DNA of 64,000 nt from positions 62,001-126,000 of IMG/VR virus record IMGVR_UViG_3300028864_000016, one strand, 5' to 3'. This document shows, one piece after another, positions 1 to 8,937 of the stretch; position 1 is the stretch's first letter, and every line of letters begins with the position of its first letter. The notes under the pieces are model-generated. The model had not been told where the DNA came from and did not search any database. It saw nothing but the letters and a program-made list of their open reading frames with translations. The translations under genes were made by a program, and so were the position numbers.

Positions 1-55
1 TTTACATGCCCTTCTAAATAAAATAAATAAATTAAAATTCAAGGAGAGATAAAAT

Positions 56-676
56 ATGGAAATGATAAAAGATACTGATTATGTTGAAGTATACCACGAT
101 TATGATTATAAAACATACATAGCAAGTGAAAACCCATTAGATGCAGGATATGAATTGCCACCTAAGATTGATGGTGAACCTTATTATGTATCTGTATTAT
201 GGAAAGATATTATGAAAGCTAATATGAAATCAGACAATTTTAAAAATCAAGCTATTAGATTTTCACCAAGTATTGAAGAACAAGTCTATAAACAATTAAG
301 AATAGACGTTAATAAAGACAAGAACTCTTATTCAAGAGATGAAATAGAAAGAATGATATTACAACCAAACGATACAATTTTAAAGAAAATAACACAAATA
401 GATAAATTAGCAACAATTGATGCTTTCTTATCTCTATTAGTATATTTGAAAAATACTAATAAATATCTTATTGCTGAAAAAGTAGAACTATATATAAGAG
501 CAAGAAAAGAAGAAATAGAAGAAGGTATAAGAAAGTCAGAATTAGAAGTTGACGAAACTGAAAATATTGAATTAGCAGTAGTTCCAGAAAGCGAAAATGT
601 TGAATTAGTAGAAGCGTCTAATGAAGAAGTAAAGGAAGCTAAAATAGCTAAAAAGACTACTACACCTAAAAAATAA
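56..676 (+). CDS. Hypothetical protein, head/head-tail region of phage structural operon
   Basis: 206-aa ORF with GGAG RBS, at the start of a run of co-oriented virion genes; acidic/lysine-rich tail; no recognised motif. Confidence 0.45.
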   Translation: MEMIKDTDYVEVYHDYDYKTYIASENPLDAGYELPPKIDGEPYYVSVLWKDIMKANMKSDNFKNQAIRFSPSIEEQVYKQLRIDVNKDKNSYSRDEIERMILQPNDTILKKITQIDKLATIDAFLSLLVYLKNTNKYLIAEKVELYIRARKEEIEEGIRKSELEVDETENIELAVVPESENVELVEASNEEVKEAKIAKKTTTPKK

Positions 677-720
677 TAAGGGAGATATATAAATCTTCCT
701 TTAATAAATTATAGAAAGGA

Positions 721-1200
721 ATGATTATCTTGACCCCTTATTCAAAAGTAATAGATAGATTTGAACGTAAAATAAAAGAATATAAAGAATTTTTTTGTTA
801 TGAAAATGTTACTGACGAACAATTTATAGAGATTACAAATAGAAGAGAAATGGGATTATTAGAAGATGCAATAAGTGAATTACAGTTGGTTGTATCTATT
901 TCTCAGAATGTAAATTTTTTAGACAAAGATGATAATTTAGAAGCATTTAATTTTGATTTAGTACCAATCGAAGAAGATTTAATTAGTGATTATATGGTTG
1001 TAAAGATGTTCGATGAAGGAATAGTAAGACTAAAACAATATCAGAAATATTTTGGTGATGATATAAAAATGCCCAATTCTAATACAGAAAGGACTACTTA
1101 TTTAAAAGTTGCTGAATATAGACAAGCACAAATTGATAAAAAAGTTGCTAGTTATAACAGTAAGGACAGAAAAACTGGTAGTCATTTAATGGCATATTGA
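721..1200 (+). CDS. Putative head-tail adaptor/connector protein
   Basis: 159-aa ORF; size and position upstream of closure, terminator and tail-tube genes as in SPbeta-like siphoviruses (positional inference). Confidence 0.45.
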   Translation: MIILTPYSKVIDRFERKIKEYKEFFCYENVTDEQFIEITNRREMGLLEDAISELQLVVSISQNVNFLDKDDNLEAFNFDLVPIEEDLISDYMVVKMFDEGIVRLKQYQKYFGDDIKMPNSNTERTTYLKVAEYRQAQIDKKVASYNSKDRKTGSHLMAY

Positions 1201-1201
1201 T

Positions 1202-2497
1202 ATGAAGAAAGAAGATTTACAATATTATAGAATAATAAATAAAATTTCTGAAAATCAATCTTGTAAAGAATCATATATTTCTGAAATGTCTCAAGACTAC
1301 AACAAGGCAAGAGAAAATGCTATATATAGATTTGATGTATTAATAAATTCAATTGATGCAAAAGATGTATTTATAAATGAATTAGAAACTTCAATCAAAG
1401 GAGTTATCGACATCTCAAGGAAACAAACTGCTGATACTGAAATGGAAGAAAGATTGCAAGTATATCCTAATCTAATTAAGCGAGGCGATTATGTTAAGTT
1501 CAAAGTCAATGATACTGATACTCTTAGAACATATCTTATTAAATCTAAAATAGATAAGAAAAATGGATATGATGAAGGAATATTTGAGGAATGTAATTAT
1601 AATGTGAAGTTTATTTCAAGTAATGAATTAAATAAAATTATGGCAATTGTATCTAATAATACAAAATATACATTAGGGATTAAATCTTTAGTTTCAGGTA
1701 TTATTGAAGCAAATGGAATGTTTGGATTAATAATGTCAGATAATTCAATATCACAAAAAATAAGTTTAGGACAAAGATTTATAATTAACAAACAGGCTTG
1801 GAAGGCGACTCAAACGGACAGAGTGACGGTACCGGGAATATTAATAGTTTTATTAGGTGAGTCTAATATTAATGTAGAGACAGATGATGTAGTAAATGAA
1901 ATAGCAGATGCTCTTACGCATAATTATACAATTGCATTAAATTCAACATCACAATCAATAGTTGAAAACGGCACATATGAAATCAATCCAATAGTTAAAG
2001 ATAATGGAAAAGAAGTAGATAATTCTAATGTTACATATTTATCAAGTAATCCTGAAATAGCTACAATTGACTCAAAAGGTTTAGTTACTGCTTTAAAAAC
2101 AGGAACTTGTATTATAACTTGTAGTATTGGAACTGAAAAAATTGATTTATCGTTAAGTGTAATTGCTAAGACAACAATACCTGTAATAAATTATACAACA
2201 AGTTGGACAAATAATAATGGAAGTTTATTAAAGTTAATGAGTTCTACAACTACCTCAATAGTTAAGACAGTTGATGGTATAGCTGATAATTCTTTAGTTG
2301 TTAATTACAATTTTGATTCAATAGGGCAAAGTTTAATATCACAAAAGAAATTAACTATAACAAAAGTTTCAGATACAAGTTTTACAATTAAGAATACTAA
2401 TACCAGTGTTGTTACAAATATTAGTATAGATTTAATTGATTCTAGTAATGGAACTATCATTGAGACTAAAAATATTCAATTAAAAGGAGTGAGTTAA
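1202..2497 (+). CDS. Putative head-closure/neck protein with Ig-like (Big_2-type) domain
   Basis: Segment VTYLSSNPEIATIDSKGLVTALKTGTCIITCS is a typical bacterial Ig-like group 2 motif; position in head-tail module. Confidence 0.6.
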   Translation: MKKEDLQYYRIINKISENQSCKESYISEMSQDYNKARENAIYRFDVLINSIDAKDVFINELETSIKGVIDISRKQTADTEMEERLQVYPNLIKRGDYVKFKVNDTDTLRTYLIKSKIDKKNGYDEGIFEECNYNVKFISSNELNKIMAIVSNNTKYTLGIKSLVSGIIEANGMFGLIMSDNSISQKISLGQRFIINKQAWKATQTDRVTVPGILIVLLGESNINVETDDVVNEIADALTHNYTIALNSTSQSIVENGTYEINPIVKDNGKEVDNSNVTYLSSNPEIATIDSKGLVTALKTGTCIITCSIGTEKIDLSLSVIAKTTIPVINYTTSWTNNNGSLLKLMSSTTTSIVKTVDGIADNSLVVNYNFDSIGQSLISQKKLTITKVSDTSFTIKNTNTSVVTNISIDLIDSSNGTIIETKNIQLKGVS

Positions 2498-2605
2498 AGT
2501 ATGAAAATAAATATTTTAATAACTCCTAATAAATTAAAAGCCAATAAAAACGTAATTTTAAATGGACAAGTAATTAATTTAATTAAGTAAAGGAGGGTAA
2601 TAAGT

Positions 2606-3178
2606 ATGACATTAGATGATTTAGAAACAATTAACAATTTTCAAGTATTTGAAGATTTCATTCGTGAATTTATAATTTTAGATACTGACTTATTTAAAAT
2701 GATTTATTATCCTCAAAAAAATCCGTTAATTCAAGCAGATGAGGAAAATCCTTATAAAATATTTGAAGAAAGTGAAAGTAATGAGCATGGGGTAGTCTTA
2801 TTTGGTGCGAAAAATAATGAAATTTTGAATACTTCTAATATTGTTATTTTGATAGATTTTGAACAAACTCCTAAAGGAAATTTACAAGAATATAATACAG
2901 TATATATTATAATTCGTACAATTCTAAAAGGAGATGTGCAAAAATTAGGTAATGGATTAGATAGAGCATTTATAATTGATAAACTTATCGAAAATCAATT
3001 AGATAGGTCTACTTTGACAGGATTGGGTGAAATAAAAAAGACAAGTTTTAAACCACTTCCATTGAATGAGCAGAATCAAGGTTATATAGCTATGTATAAG
3101 GCAACATCATTTGCTTATGATTTTTTGAACAATAAGAATATACAAAAGAAATATTTTGGTGGTGAATATAATGAATAG
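2606..3178 (+). CDS. Putative tail terminator/completion protein
   Basis: 190-aa ORF two genes upstream of the tail tube; positional inference. Confidence 0.4.
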   Translation: MTLDDLETINNFQVFEDFIREFIILDTDLFKMIYYPQKNPLIQADEENPYKIFEESESNEHGVVLFGAKNNEILNTSNIVILIDFEQTPKGNLQEYNTVYIIIRTILKGDVQKLGNGLDRAFIIDKLIENQLDRSTLTGLGEIKKTSFKPLPLNEQNQGYIAMYKATSFAYDFLNNKNIQKKYFGGEYNE

Positions 3179-4043
3179 CGATTACTTAAAATTTCAGTTG
3201 AATAGGGGACTGGATATTATATTTAAAGATAAGAACCATCAACAAATTAAAGTTAAACAATCTAGAATTTCTGATATTGATGAAATAGGATTGCTAACTT
3301 ATTTAACTTTAACTTATATCTTTAGAATTCAAAAAGAACAGTTGAAATTATATGAAGATATTCAAGATCAATTGAAAAGCAAATCACTATTTGAATCTAT
3401 TGTAATACATGAAAATATATTAAATAGCAAAAAAGATTTTAACATTTCGGAATCAATGGTTATGTTACTAATACAATCATTGGCTTTCTTTTTAGATATT
3501 AAAGATTTTAATAGGATTGGAGTTTCTAATAATGTAGACGCTATAATTGTTTATGATTTTAAAGAACTTGAAGGACAAGTATATAAAGTTCCTATATTTG
3601 AATTAAATAATGATAACTTTGAAGAATTTAGTGAATTAATAAGAACGATAACTTGTACAGATGTAATTCAAGAAGAAAAAGAAGAAATGGATATGTTAGA
3701 ACATTATGACGATGAAGAACTACAGAGACTTCTAGAAGAACAATATAGAATATACAAAGAAGATAAGAAAAAGGAAGAAAATGAAAATAAAATAACTATT
3801 GATGAAGTTATAGCTTCAGTTTGTATGAGTGAGAATAGTAAATATAATTTTACTAATATTTCAGATTTAACAATTTGGCAACTTAACTTCTATTTTAATT
3901 TCTTGTTAGAAAAAGAAAATATTGAGATAGTTAAATCTCAATTTACTTCTGGAAATTATAACTTTGAAAAAGCTCCAGACTTAAATTGGATTAAGAAAAC
4001 TAAAATTAAATTAACAAAATGTAAAAAATTATTAAATGAATAA
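3171..4043 (+). CDS. Hypothetical tail-region protein
   Basis: ATG at 3171 preceded by GGTGGTG RBS, overlapping the previous stop region; in frame with ORF 3156..4043. Confidence 0.45.
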   Translation: MNSDYLKFQLNRGLDIIFKDKNHQQIKVKQSRISDIDEIGLLTYLTLTYIFRIQKEQLKLYEDIQDQLKSKSLFESIVIHENILNSKKDFNISESMVMLLIQSLAFFLDIKDFNRIGVSNNVDAIIVYDFKELEGQVYKVPIFELNNDNFEEFSELIRTITCTDVIQEEKEEMDMLEHYDDEELQRLLEEQYRIYKEDKKKEENENKITIDEVIASVCMSENSKYNFTNISDLTIWQLNFYFNFLLEKENIEIVKSQFTSGNYNFEKAPDLNWIKKTKIKLTKCKKLLNE

Positions 4044-4113
4044 ATTAAGTTCCTATAATTTCCATAGGAACTTTTTTATTATATAAAAATGTAAAATTTA
4101 AGGAGGAATATTA

Positions 4114-5217
4114 ATGGCAACTATTAATGAAAGATTTGGTATTTTAAATGCGAGTCAAGTAAAATTGAGAAATAGAACAACAAATAAATTATTACTTAAG
4201 ATACCACAAGCAAACAAATGTACATTTGAATACAAAACTACGGATAAATCAGCAAAGGAACAAGGTATAGAAAAACTATTTTGGTCAACAACACCAGTAG
4301 CAACCTACAAAATGGAAACTGAAACTATATCTTTTGCTCAACTTGCAGAAGCATTAGGTAGTGATGGATTAGTATTAAATACTGAAAATGAATCTTACTA
4401 TAAGGAAGAAGTATTTGTAGTAACAACAGATGGAACTTTAGTTCTTAATTTAAAATCTGAACCTATGAATGGAACAGTGATTAATTTTAATAAATTATCA
4501 CTTGGTGGAGAATTAGACATATCACTAGTTGGTGTAGTAGATGCTACTGATAAAAAGAAATTTACTATTACTAATTCAGAGTTAAGAATTGGGGATAAAG
4601 TTGAAGTAAATTATACAGAAGTTTTATCAGCAGGACAAGTTTATACATTTAAAGTATATGGTAATAAACAAGTAGATGCTAAAGAACTACAAGCAACCGT
4701 ATTAAGAAAAAATGTTGCTACAAATAAAATAGAATTAATGGATATGATTATTCCAAATGTAGTTATTCAATCTGGTGTAACATTATCATTTGACGCTGAA
4801 AACCCATCAAAATTTGAACTGAATTTCAAAGTACTTGGAGATCCGTTTAATACTGATGATGAAGGTAATCCATTATTCTGTGAATTTAAAGCAAAAGCAC
4901 CAAAAATTCCTGTAACTCCAATTGCTGATTTAGCAGGAGTATCAAATGTATCAACAAAAATTGATTTAACATTTACAGCACCAACTTCTTCAACATCAGT
5001 AGTATTAATGTATAAATTAAGTACAGATAGTACTTATAGTGCAGTGGCTACTAGTGGAACAACTGGGGTAAGAATAGCTTCTCCATTAACTGATACAAGT
5101 ACTTCAACTCAAGTATTAGGGCTAACGGCTTCAACATCTTACAATTTAAAAATTGTAGTAACAGGTGGTATTCATGAAGGTGAATCTAATCTTGTAACAA
5201 TTGTAACTATACCCTAG
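4114..5217 (+). CDS. Major tail tube protein with C-terminal FN3/Ig-like domain
   Basis: 367 aa, strong AAGGAGG RBS; beta-rich core ending ENPSKFELNFKVL; C-terminal FN3-like segment (IDLTFTAP...GLTASTSYNLKIVV). Confidence 0.7.
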   Translation: MATINERFGILNASQVKLRNRTTNKLLLKIPQANKCTFEYKTTDKSAKEQGIEKLFWSTTPVATYKMETETISFAQLAEALGSDGLVLNTENESYYKEEVFVVTTDGTLVLNLKSEPMNGTVINFNKLSLGGELDISLVGVVDATDKKKFTITNSELRIGDKVEVNYTEVLSAGQVYTFKVYGNKQVDAKELQATVLRKNVATNKIELMDMIIPNVVIQSGVTLSFDAENPSKFELNFKVLGDPFNTDDEGNPLFCEFKAKAPKIPVTPIADLAGVSNVSTKIDLTFTAPTSSTSVVLMYKLSTDSTYSAVATSGTTGVRIASPLTDTSTSTQVLGLTASTSYNLKIVVTGGIHEGESNLVTIVTIP

Positions 5218-5272
5218 TAATCCTACTAATATAGTAGGTCAATCAATACTAGGAGAAATGATTGTTGGATAA
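5212..5272 (+). other. Candidate +1 programmed frameshift (CCC-UAG) adding 18 aa SNPTNIVGQSILGEMIVG to the tail tube protein
   Basis: CCC TAG at 5212-5217; +1 frame open to TAA 5270-5272; 7-bp hairpin cctacta/tagtagg at 5222-5238. Confidence 0.6.
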
Positions 5273-5408
5273 AAATATAATCCAATATATTGTTGATTGA
5301 CAAAAGAATAAATTAAATGAATATTAAGAATGAGTATCTATATGGTACTCATCTATTAGTATTATAACAAATAAATTAAAACAATATATAAGGGAAGTGA
5401 ATATATAA

Positions 5409-5846
5409 ATGGACTTTAATTCAATAGGAGAAATGTATGCTGAATTAGAAAAACAAATTAAAACGGATTTGATGATAGAAGCACAAAAAATACATTTGGC
5501 AATTCAAGATTATATTATATCAGATATATACCAAACGTATAGTCCAAAATTCTATGACAGAACAGGAACTCTTTTAAATAGTATTGAAGTATCTCCTGTT
5601 AAGAAAAATGGAGATGAATATACTATTGAGATATATGTAAAAGATGAATTACATGATATAGCTTTTTGGGAAACAGGTGAACAAAGAACATTGACCGAAA
5701 TACTAGAATATTTTGCTGAAGGGCATGGATATGGTCGAGGTGGAATTAAATTAAATCCAATGCAATCAGTATGGGAAAATGAGTGTAAAGATGTAATTAA
5801 TAATCTTTTAGACTATCTTAAAAGGCGTGGTTTTGATTTTACATAA
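5409..5846 (+). CDS. HK97 gp10-like tail/neck component
   Basis: Motif YSPKFYDRTGTLLNSI typical of gp10-like proteins; 145 aa. Confidence 0.55.
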   Translation: MDFNSIGEMYAELEKQIKTDLMIEAQKIHLAIQDYIISDIYQTYSPKFYDRTGTLLNSIEVSPVKKNGDEYTIEIYVKDELHDIAFWETGEQRTLTEILEYFAEGHGYGRGGIKLNPMQSVWENECKDVINNLLDYLKRRGFDFT

Positions 5847-6026
5847 TAAGAAAATAAATTGTTCATTTTATTGCAATATAAATTATTTAAACAAATTAAA
5901 AGAAATAGTATTGACTTTATTTTTAAAATGGAGTAATATTACATTAAAGATAATTTAATGTATAAATAAATAAAGTCAATACATAATTTGAAAAACGTAT
6001 ATTTTAATGATGTTCTCCGACATCAA

Positions 6027-6155
6027 AATTTATTTAATGTATGTATGAGTAGTTATGACTAGGGGTAGCTCCCTTAGTCAGATTATTCTAATTAAATAAA
6101 TAATGGGGAATATGATTAAAATGTATGTGAAATTAATACATACATTAAATAAATT
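6027..6155 (+). promoter_or_regulatory. Structured 5-prime leader of the antirepressor gene
   Basis: Perfect 20-bp inverted repeat 6027-6046/6136-6155 enclosing hairpin tgactaggggtagctcccttagtca (6056-6080); TTGACT-17-TAATAT upstream at 5911-5939. Confidence 0.55.
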
Positions 6156-6179
6156 AAAATAAAAAGGAGATGTTTCATT

Positions 6180-7142
6180 ATGGAACAAAATAAAATTATT
6201 AAACTATTTACAGATGAAAAAGTAGAAGTAAAGGAACGAGAATTCACAAAAATTTTAGGTGGTTTTTCAGAAACAAGTCCCGTAATTACTGATAAACAAA
6301 TCGGAGATTTACTTGGATATGCAAAAGGTGCTAGGCAGGTTAGAGATCAAGTTAATAGTAATTTACAACATTTTACGAGAGATGATATTATTGATTTACA
6401 ACGTGGAGATGGGAGCGACACGTTTGCTGAAGTATTGAAAACACTAGGCTACGCAAAACAATCTATAACACAAGCTAAAAATATTTATGTGTTTTCTGAA
6501 GCAGGTTTTCTATTATATTTAAAGTTTGCCGAAGGTGATAAATCAGTAGAATTATACAAAGATTTTATTGAAGACTACTTTAAAACAAAAGCTGAGAATA
6601 TAGTAATGGAAAAGACATTAGAAGAAACTAAGCAAGCACTAATTGATGAAAGAAAATACATATTAGGTAGTGTTATTTTTGAAACTGATACAACTAAGAA
6701 AATGCAACTGTTACAAAGAGATAAAAAATTAGAAGAACAAATAAATGAAATAGAAAAGACTTTAGCTAAGGAAGAATTAATGGAACAATTAAAAGATAAA
6801 TTAGCTATTGCATATGCATTTGAACAATCTAATAAAGAATATAGTATTGGTACATTTGCTAGATTCTTAAATATTAAGAATTTCGGACAAAATAAATTAT
6901 TTGAATGGATGAGAGATAGCGAAATATTAATGAAAAACAATGAGCCATATCAAAGATTTATGAATAATTTTCATGTTATACCAGTTAAGAAAAATAAATT
7001 TACTGGTAGTAAAACTTTGATTAAAGCAAATGGAGTATCATACATAGTAAAGAGATTAATAAAAGATGGTAAAATTCAATCTAAAACTTACGAGGAAATT
7101 ATAAATGATATCAATGAAAATTTACAATCAGAAGCTAGTTAG
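6180..7142 (+). CDS. Phage antirepressor, C-terminal KilA-C/ANT domain
   Basis: C-terminal SIGTFARFLNIKNFGQNKLFEWMRDSEILMKNNEPYQRFM...KTLIKANGVSYI matches the ANT/KilA-C pattern; central coiled coil. Confidence 0.8.
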   Translation: MEQNKIIKLFTDEKVEVKEREFTKILGGFSETSPVITDKQIGDLLGYAKGARQVRDQVNSNLQHFTRDDIIDLQRGDGSDTFAEVLKTLGYAKQSITQAKNIYVFSEAGFLLYLKFAEGDKSVELYKDFIEDYFKTKAENIVMEKTLEETKQALIDERKYILGSVIFETDTTKKMQLLQRDKKLEEQINEIEKTLAKEELMEQLKDKLAIAYAFEQSNKEYSIGTFARFLNIKNFGQNKLFEWMRDSEILMKNNEPYQRFMNNFHVIPVKKNKFTGSKTLIKANGVSYIVKRLIKDGKIQSKTYEEIINDINENLQSEAS

Positions 7143-7214
7143 AAATAAATTAATATAAATAAAAATAAATGACTACATAGAAATGGACTAAATTAAATAT
7201 GAATAAAATTATTA

Positions 7215-7247
7215 GACTAGATACTAAAAAGGTATTCTAGTCTTTTT
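7215..7247 (+). terminator. Intrinsic terminator after antirepressor
   Basis: agactagatac...gtattctagtct hairpin followed by T-run. Confidence 0.7.
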
Positions 7248-7362
7248 ATGTAGAAATTACAAAGGAATTATTGACTCTATCCGAAAATAGTATTATTATA
7301 TATCTATAACCAATACATGAAAATAATGGTATGGAATAATAATACTAAGGGGATGAATAATT

Positions 7363-8097
7363 ATGAATAAAATCTTTAAAAAGTTTATTGTAATGGGAAT
7401 AATAGCTAGTTCGATAAGTATATTGCCTTTGACAGGAGCAAGTGCAGAGTGGAAACAAGACTCTAAAGGTTGGTGGAATACTGAAGGAAGTTCATGGTCA
7501 GTAGGTTGGAAGCAAATCGATTCTAAATGGTACTATTTTGGACAAGACGGTTATATGGCACATGATACTATTGTTGATGGATATAAAATTGATAATAATG
7601 GAGTATGGATTCAAAATAACACTGTAAACAATACAACAGAAACAAGTACAAATGTTTCGAATACGGCTAACAGTAATAATAGTTCTAATACTAATTTAAC
7701 TAATAACATAGATAATAGTACAAGTAGTAATTCAAGCGTTACATTAAATAATACTGGTGTGATTAATGCTAATACAACTAATAATGTTGCTGTTGATAAC
7801 ACTAGTAAAGAAGAAAAAGATTATTATAAAGAATTGAAGAAAAGTCAACAAAATGCACAAGATGATTTAAAAGCATATTATCAAAAACAATTAAATCAAG
7901 CTAAAGATGATTTAGCAGAAGCGAAAAAAGGATTAGATAATGTTAAAAGTCAATTAACTATTAAGACATTAGCAAAACAATCGGATGGAACTTGGCAATA
8001 TGTACCTTCTGTCGATACTTCAAAAGTTGCTCAATATGAAAAGAAAGTGAAAACTTATCAAGATTTAGTTGATTATTATGGGAAATTAGTTAAATAA
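7363..8097 (+). CDS. Secreted cell-wall-binding-repeat protein (moron) with a C-terminal tape-measure-like segment
   Basis: Signal peptide ending GASA; choline-binding-type repeats (GWKQIDSKWYYFGQDGYM); Asn/Thr linker; own promoter TTGACT-17-TATTAT (7271-7299) and terminators on both sides; C-terminus 29/63 identical to TMP segment 19693-19881. Confidence 0.85.
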   Translation: MNKIFKKFIVMGIIASSISILPLTGASAEWKQDSKGWWNTEGSSWSVGWKQIDSKWYYFGQDGYMAHDTIVDGYKIDNNGVWIQNNTVNNTTETSTNVSNTANSNNSSNTNLTNNIDNSTSSNSSVTLNNTGVINANTTNNVAVDNTSKEEKDYYKELKKSQQNAQDDLKAYYQKQLNQAKDDLAEAKKGLDNVKSQLTIKTLAKQSDGTWQYVPSVDTSKVAQYEKKVKTYQDLVDYYGKLVK

Positions 8098-8179
8098 TTA
8101 TAAACTTAAAAGACTTTAGAGATTATTAAATTAATTCTAAGGTCTTTTATTTTTATATAAGTAAAGTAAATAAAATGTG

Positions 8180-8207
8180 TTGACAGATAATAGTAAAAGA
8201 GTATAAT
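8180..8207 (+). promoter_or_regulatory. Sigma-A-type promoter driving a short non-coding transcript
   Basis: TTGACA (8180-8185)-16 nt-TATAAT (8202-8207) with no + strand ORF downstream. Confidence 0.75.
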
Positions 8208-8213
8208 AGAAAT

Positions 8214-8291
8214 TGTAAAGAAGTTAAAACTAAATTATATAAATGTTTCATGCGATAAGATGCTTAGTTCCAGTAAGTATCTTATTTTTTT
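8214..8291 (+). ncRNA. Candidate type I antitoxin sRNA (locus 1)
   Basis: Consensus promoter, terminator ataagatgctta...taagtatcttat plus T-run; carries a 12-nt copy (8242-8253) of the toxin start region (8523-8534). Confidence 0.55.
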
Positions 8292-8409
8292 ATATGTAAA
8301 AAGAACTTTCTATATTGCTTCATTACCACCTCACATGAGTTCCAGTCACGCTTTTTAACTCCACAATATTTACTCGTTCTTATTTCCAACTATTAAATTT
8401 TTCTATTTG

Positions 8410-8532
8410 TTATTTAATTATTGGGATATGTATATTTAAAACTGATGCTATCATATTAAAAAGTCCACCTAAGAAGATAAGTACTGATTTCAACAATTCG
8501 TTATCTATAGTAAATTTCTTGCAATGTTTCAT
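8410..8532 (-). CDS. Candidate type I toxin, 40 aa MKHCKKFTIDNELLKSVLIFLGGLFNMIASVLNIHIPIIK
   Basis: Translated by hand (below ORF-track cutoff); GGGAGGGAGG RBS inside a tgccatc/gatggca hairpin; single hydrophobic helix; convergent with sRNA. Confidence 0.65.
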   Translation of the reverse strand: MKHCKKFTIDNELLKSVLIFLGGLFNMIASVLNIHIPIIK

Positions 8533-8663
8533 GCCATCGCCTCCCTCCCAATTAGGAATATTCGAGATGGCAATATAATTATAACATTGTATGGAAGTAA
8601 TTACAATTTAATGGAAAATATATTTGGTTGTAAATAAGTATACAATTGTGATATAATGGAGAT

Positions 8664-8810
8664 AATAAATAAGAAAAAGCCTAGTGTTGAAGCACTAAGC
8701 CAGTCCTATAAACAATATCACGTTTTTACAGGTTTCAAAGGACTATTGAATCGATATGTAAATGAATACTAAATCACTGATAAAGCACTACTTGGATGGG
8801 GTGCTTTTTT
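8664..8810 (+). ncRNA. Candidate type I antitoxin sRNA (locus 2)
   Basis: TTGTAA-18-TG-n-TATAAT promoter (8628-8657); terminator aaagcactacttggatggggtgctttttt overlapping the last codons of the - strand peptide gene. Confidence 0.55.
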
Positions 8811-8937
8811 CAGTTGTCTCAAAATCAAAATCTTTGTAATGAATTTTAACTAGGTTTTCGGAATTCAGTGCTTTATATAAAACTAATATAATACCTAATA
8901 TTTCAATTACCTTAATAATAAAATCAAACATATCCAA
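8788..8937 (-). CDS. Candidate type I toxin, 49 aa (M)DMFDFIIKVIEILGIILVLYKALNSENLVKIHYKDFDFETTEKSTPSK
   Basis: GGAGGTG RBS 6 nt before a TTG start; N-terminal transmembrane helix with charged tail; anti-SD ccacct in a structured upstream leader. Confidence 0.65.
   Translation of the reverse strand: MDMFDFIIKVIEILGIILVLYKALNSENLVKIHYKDFDFETTEKSTPSK

Noticed and set aside
8282-8323. 13-aa ORF MKQYRKFFLHIKK with GAGGTGG RBS on the - strand
   Set aside because: Too short and not hydrophobic; may be a decayed toxin duplicate, but not supportable as a gene.
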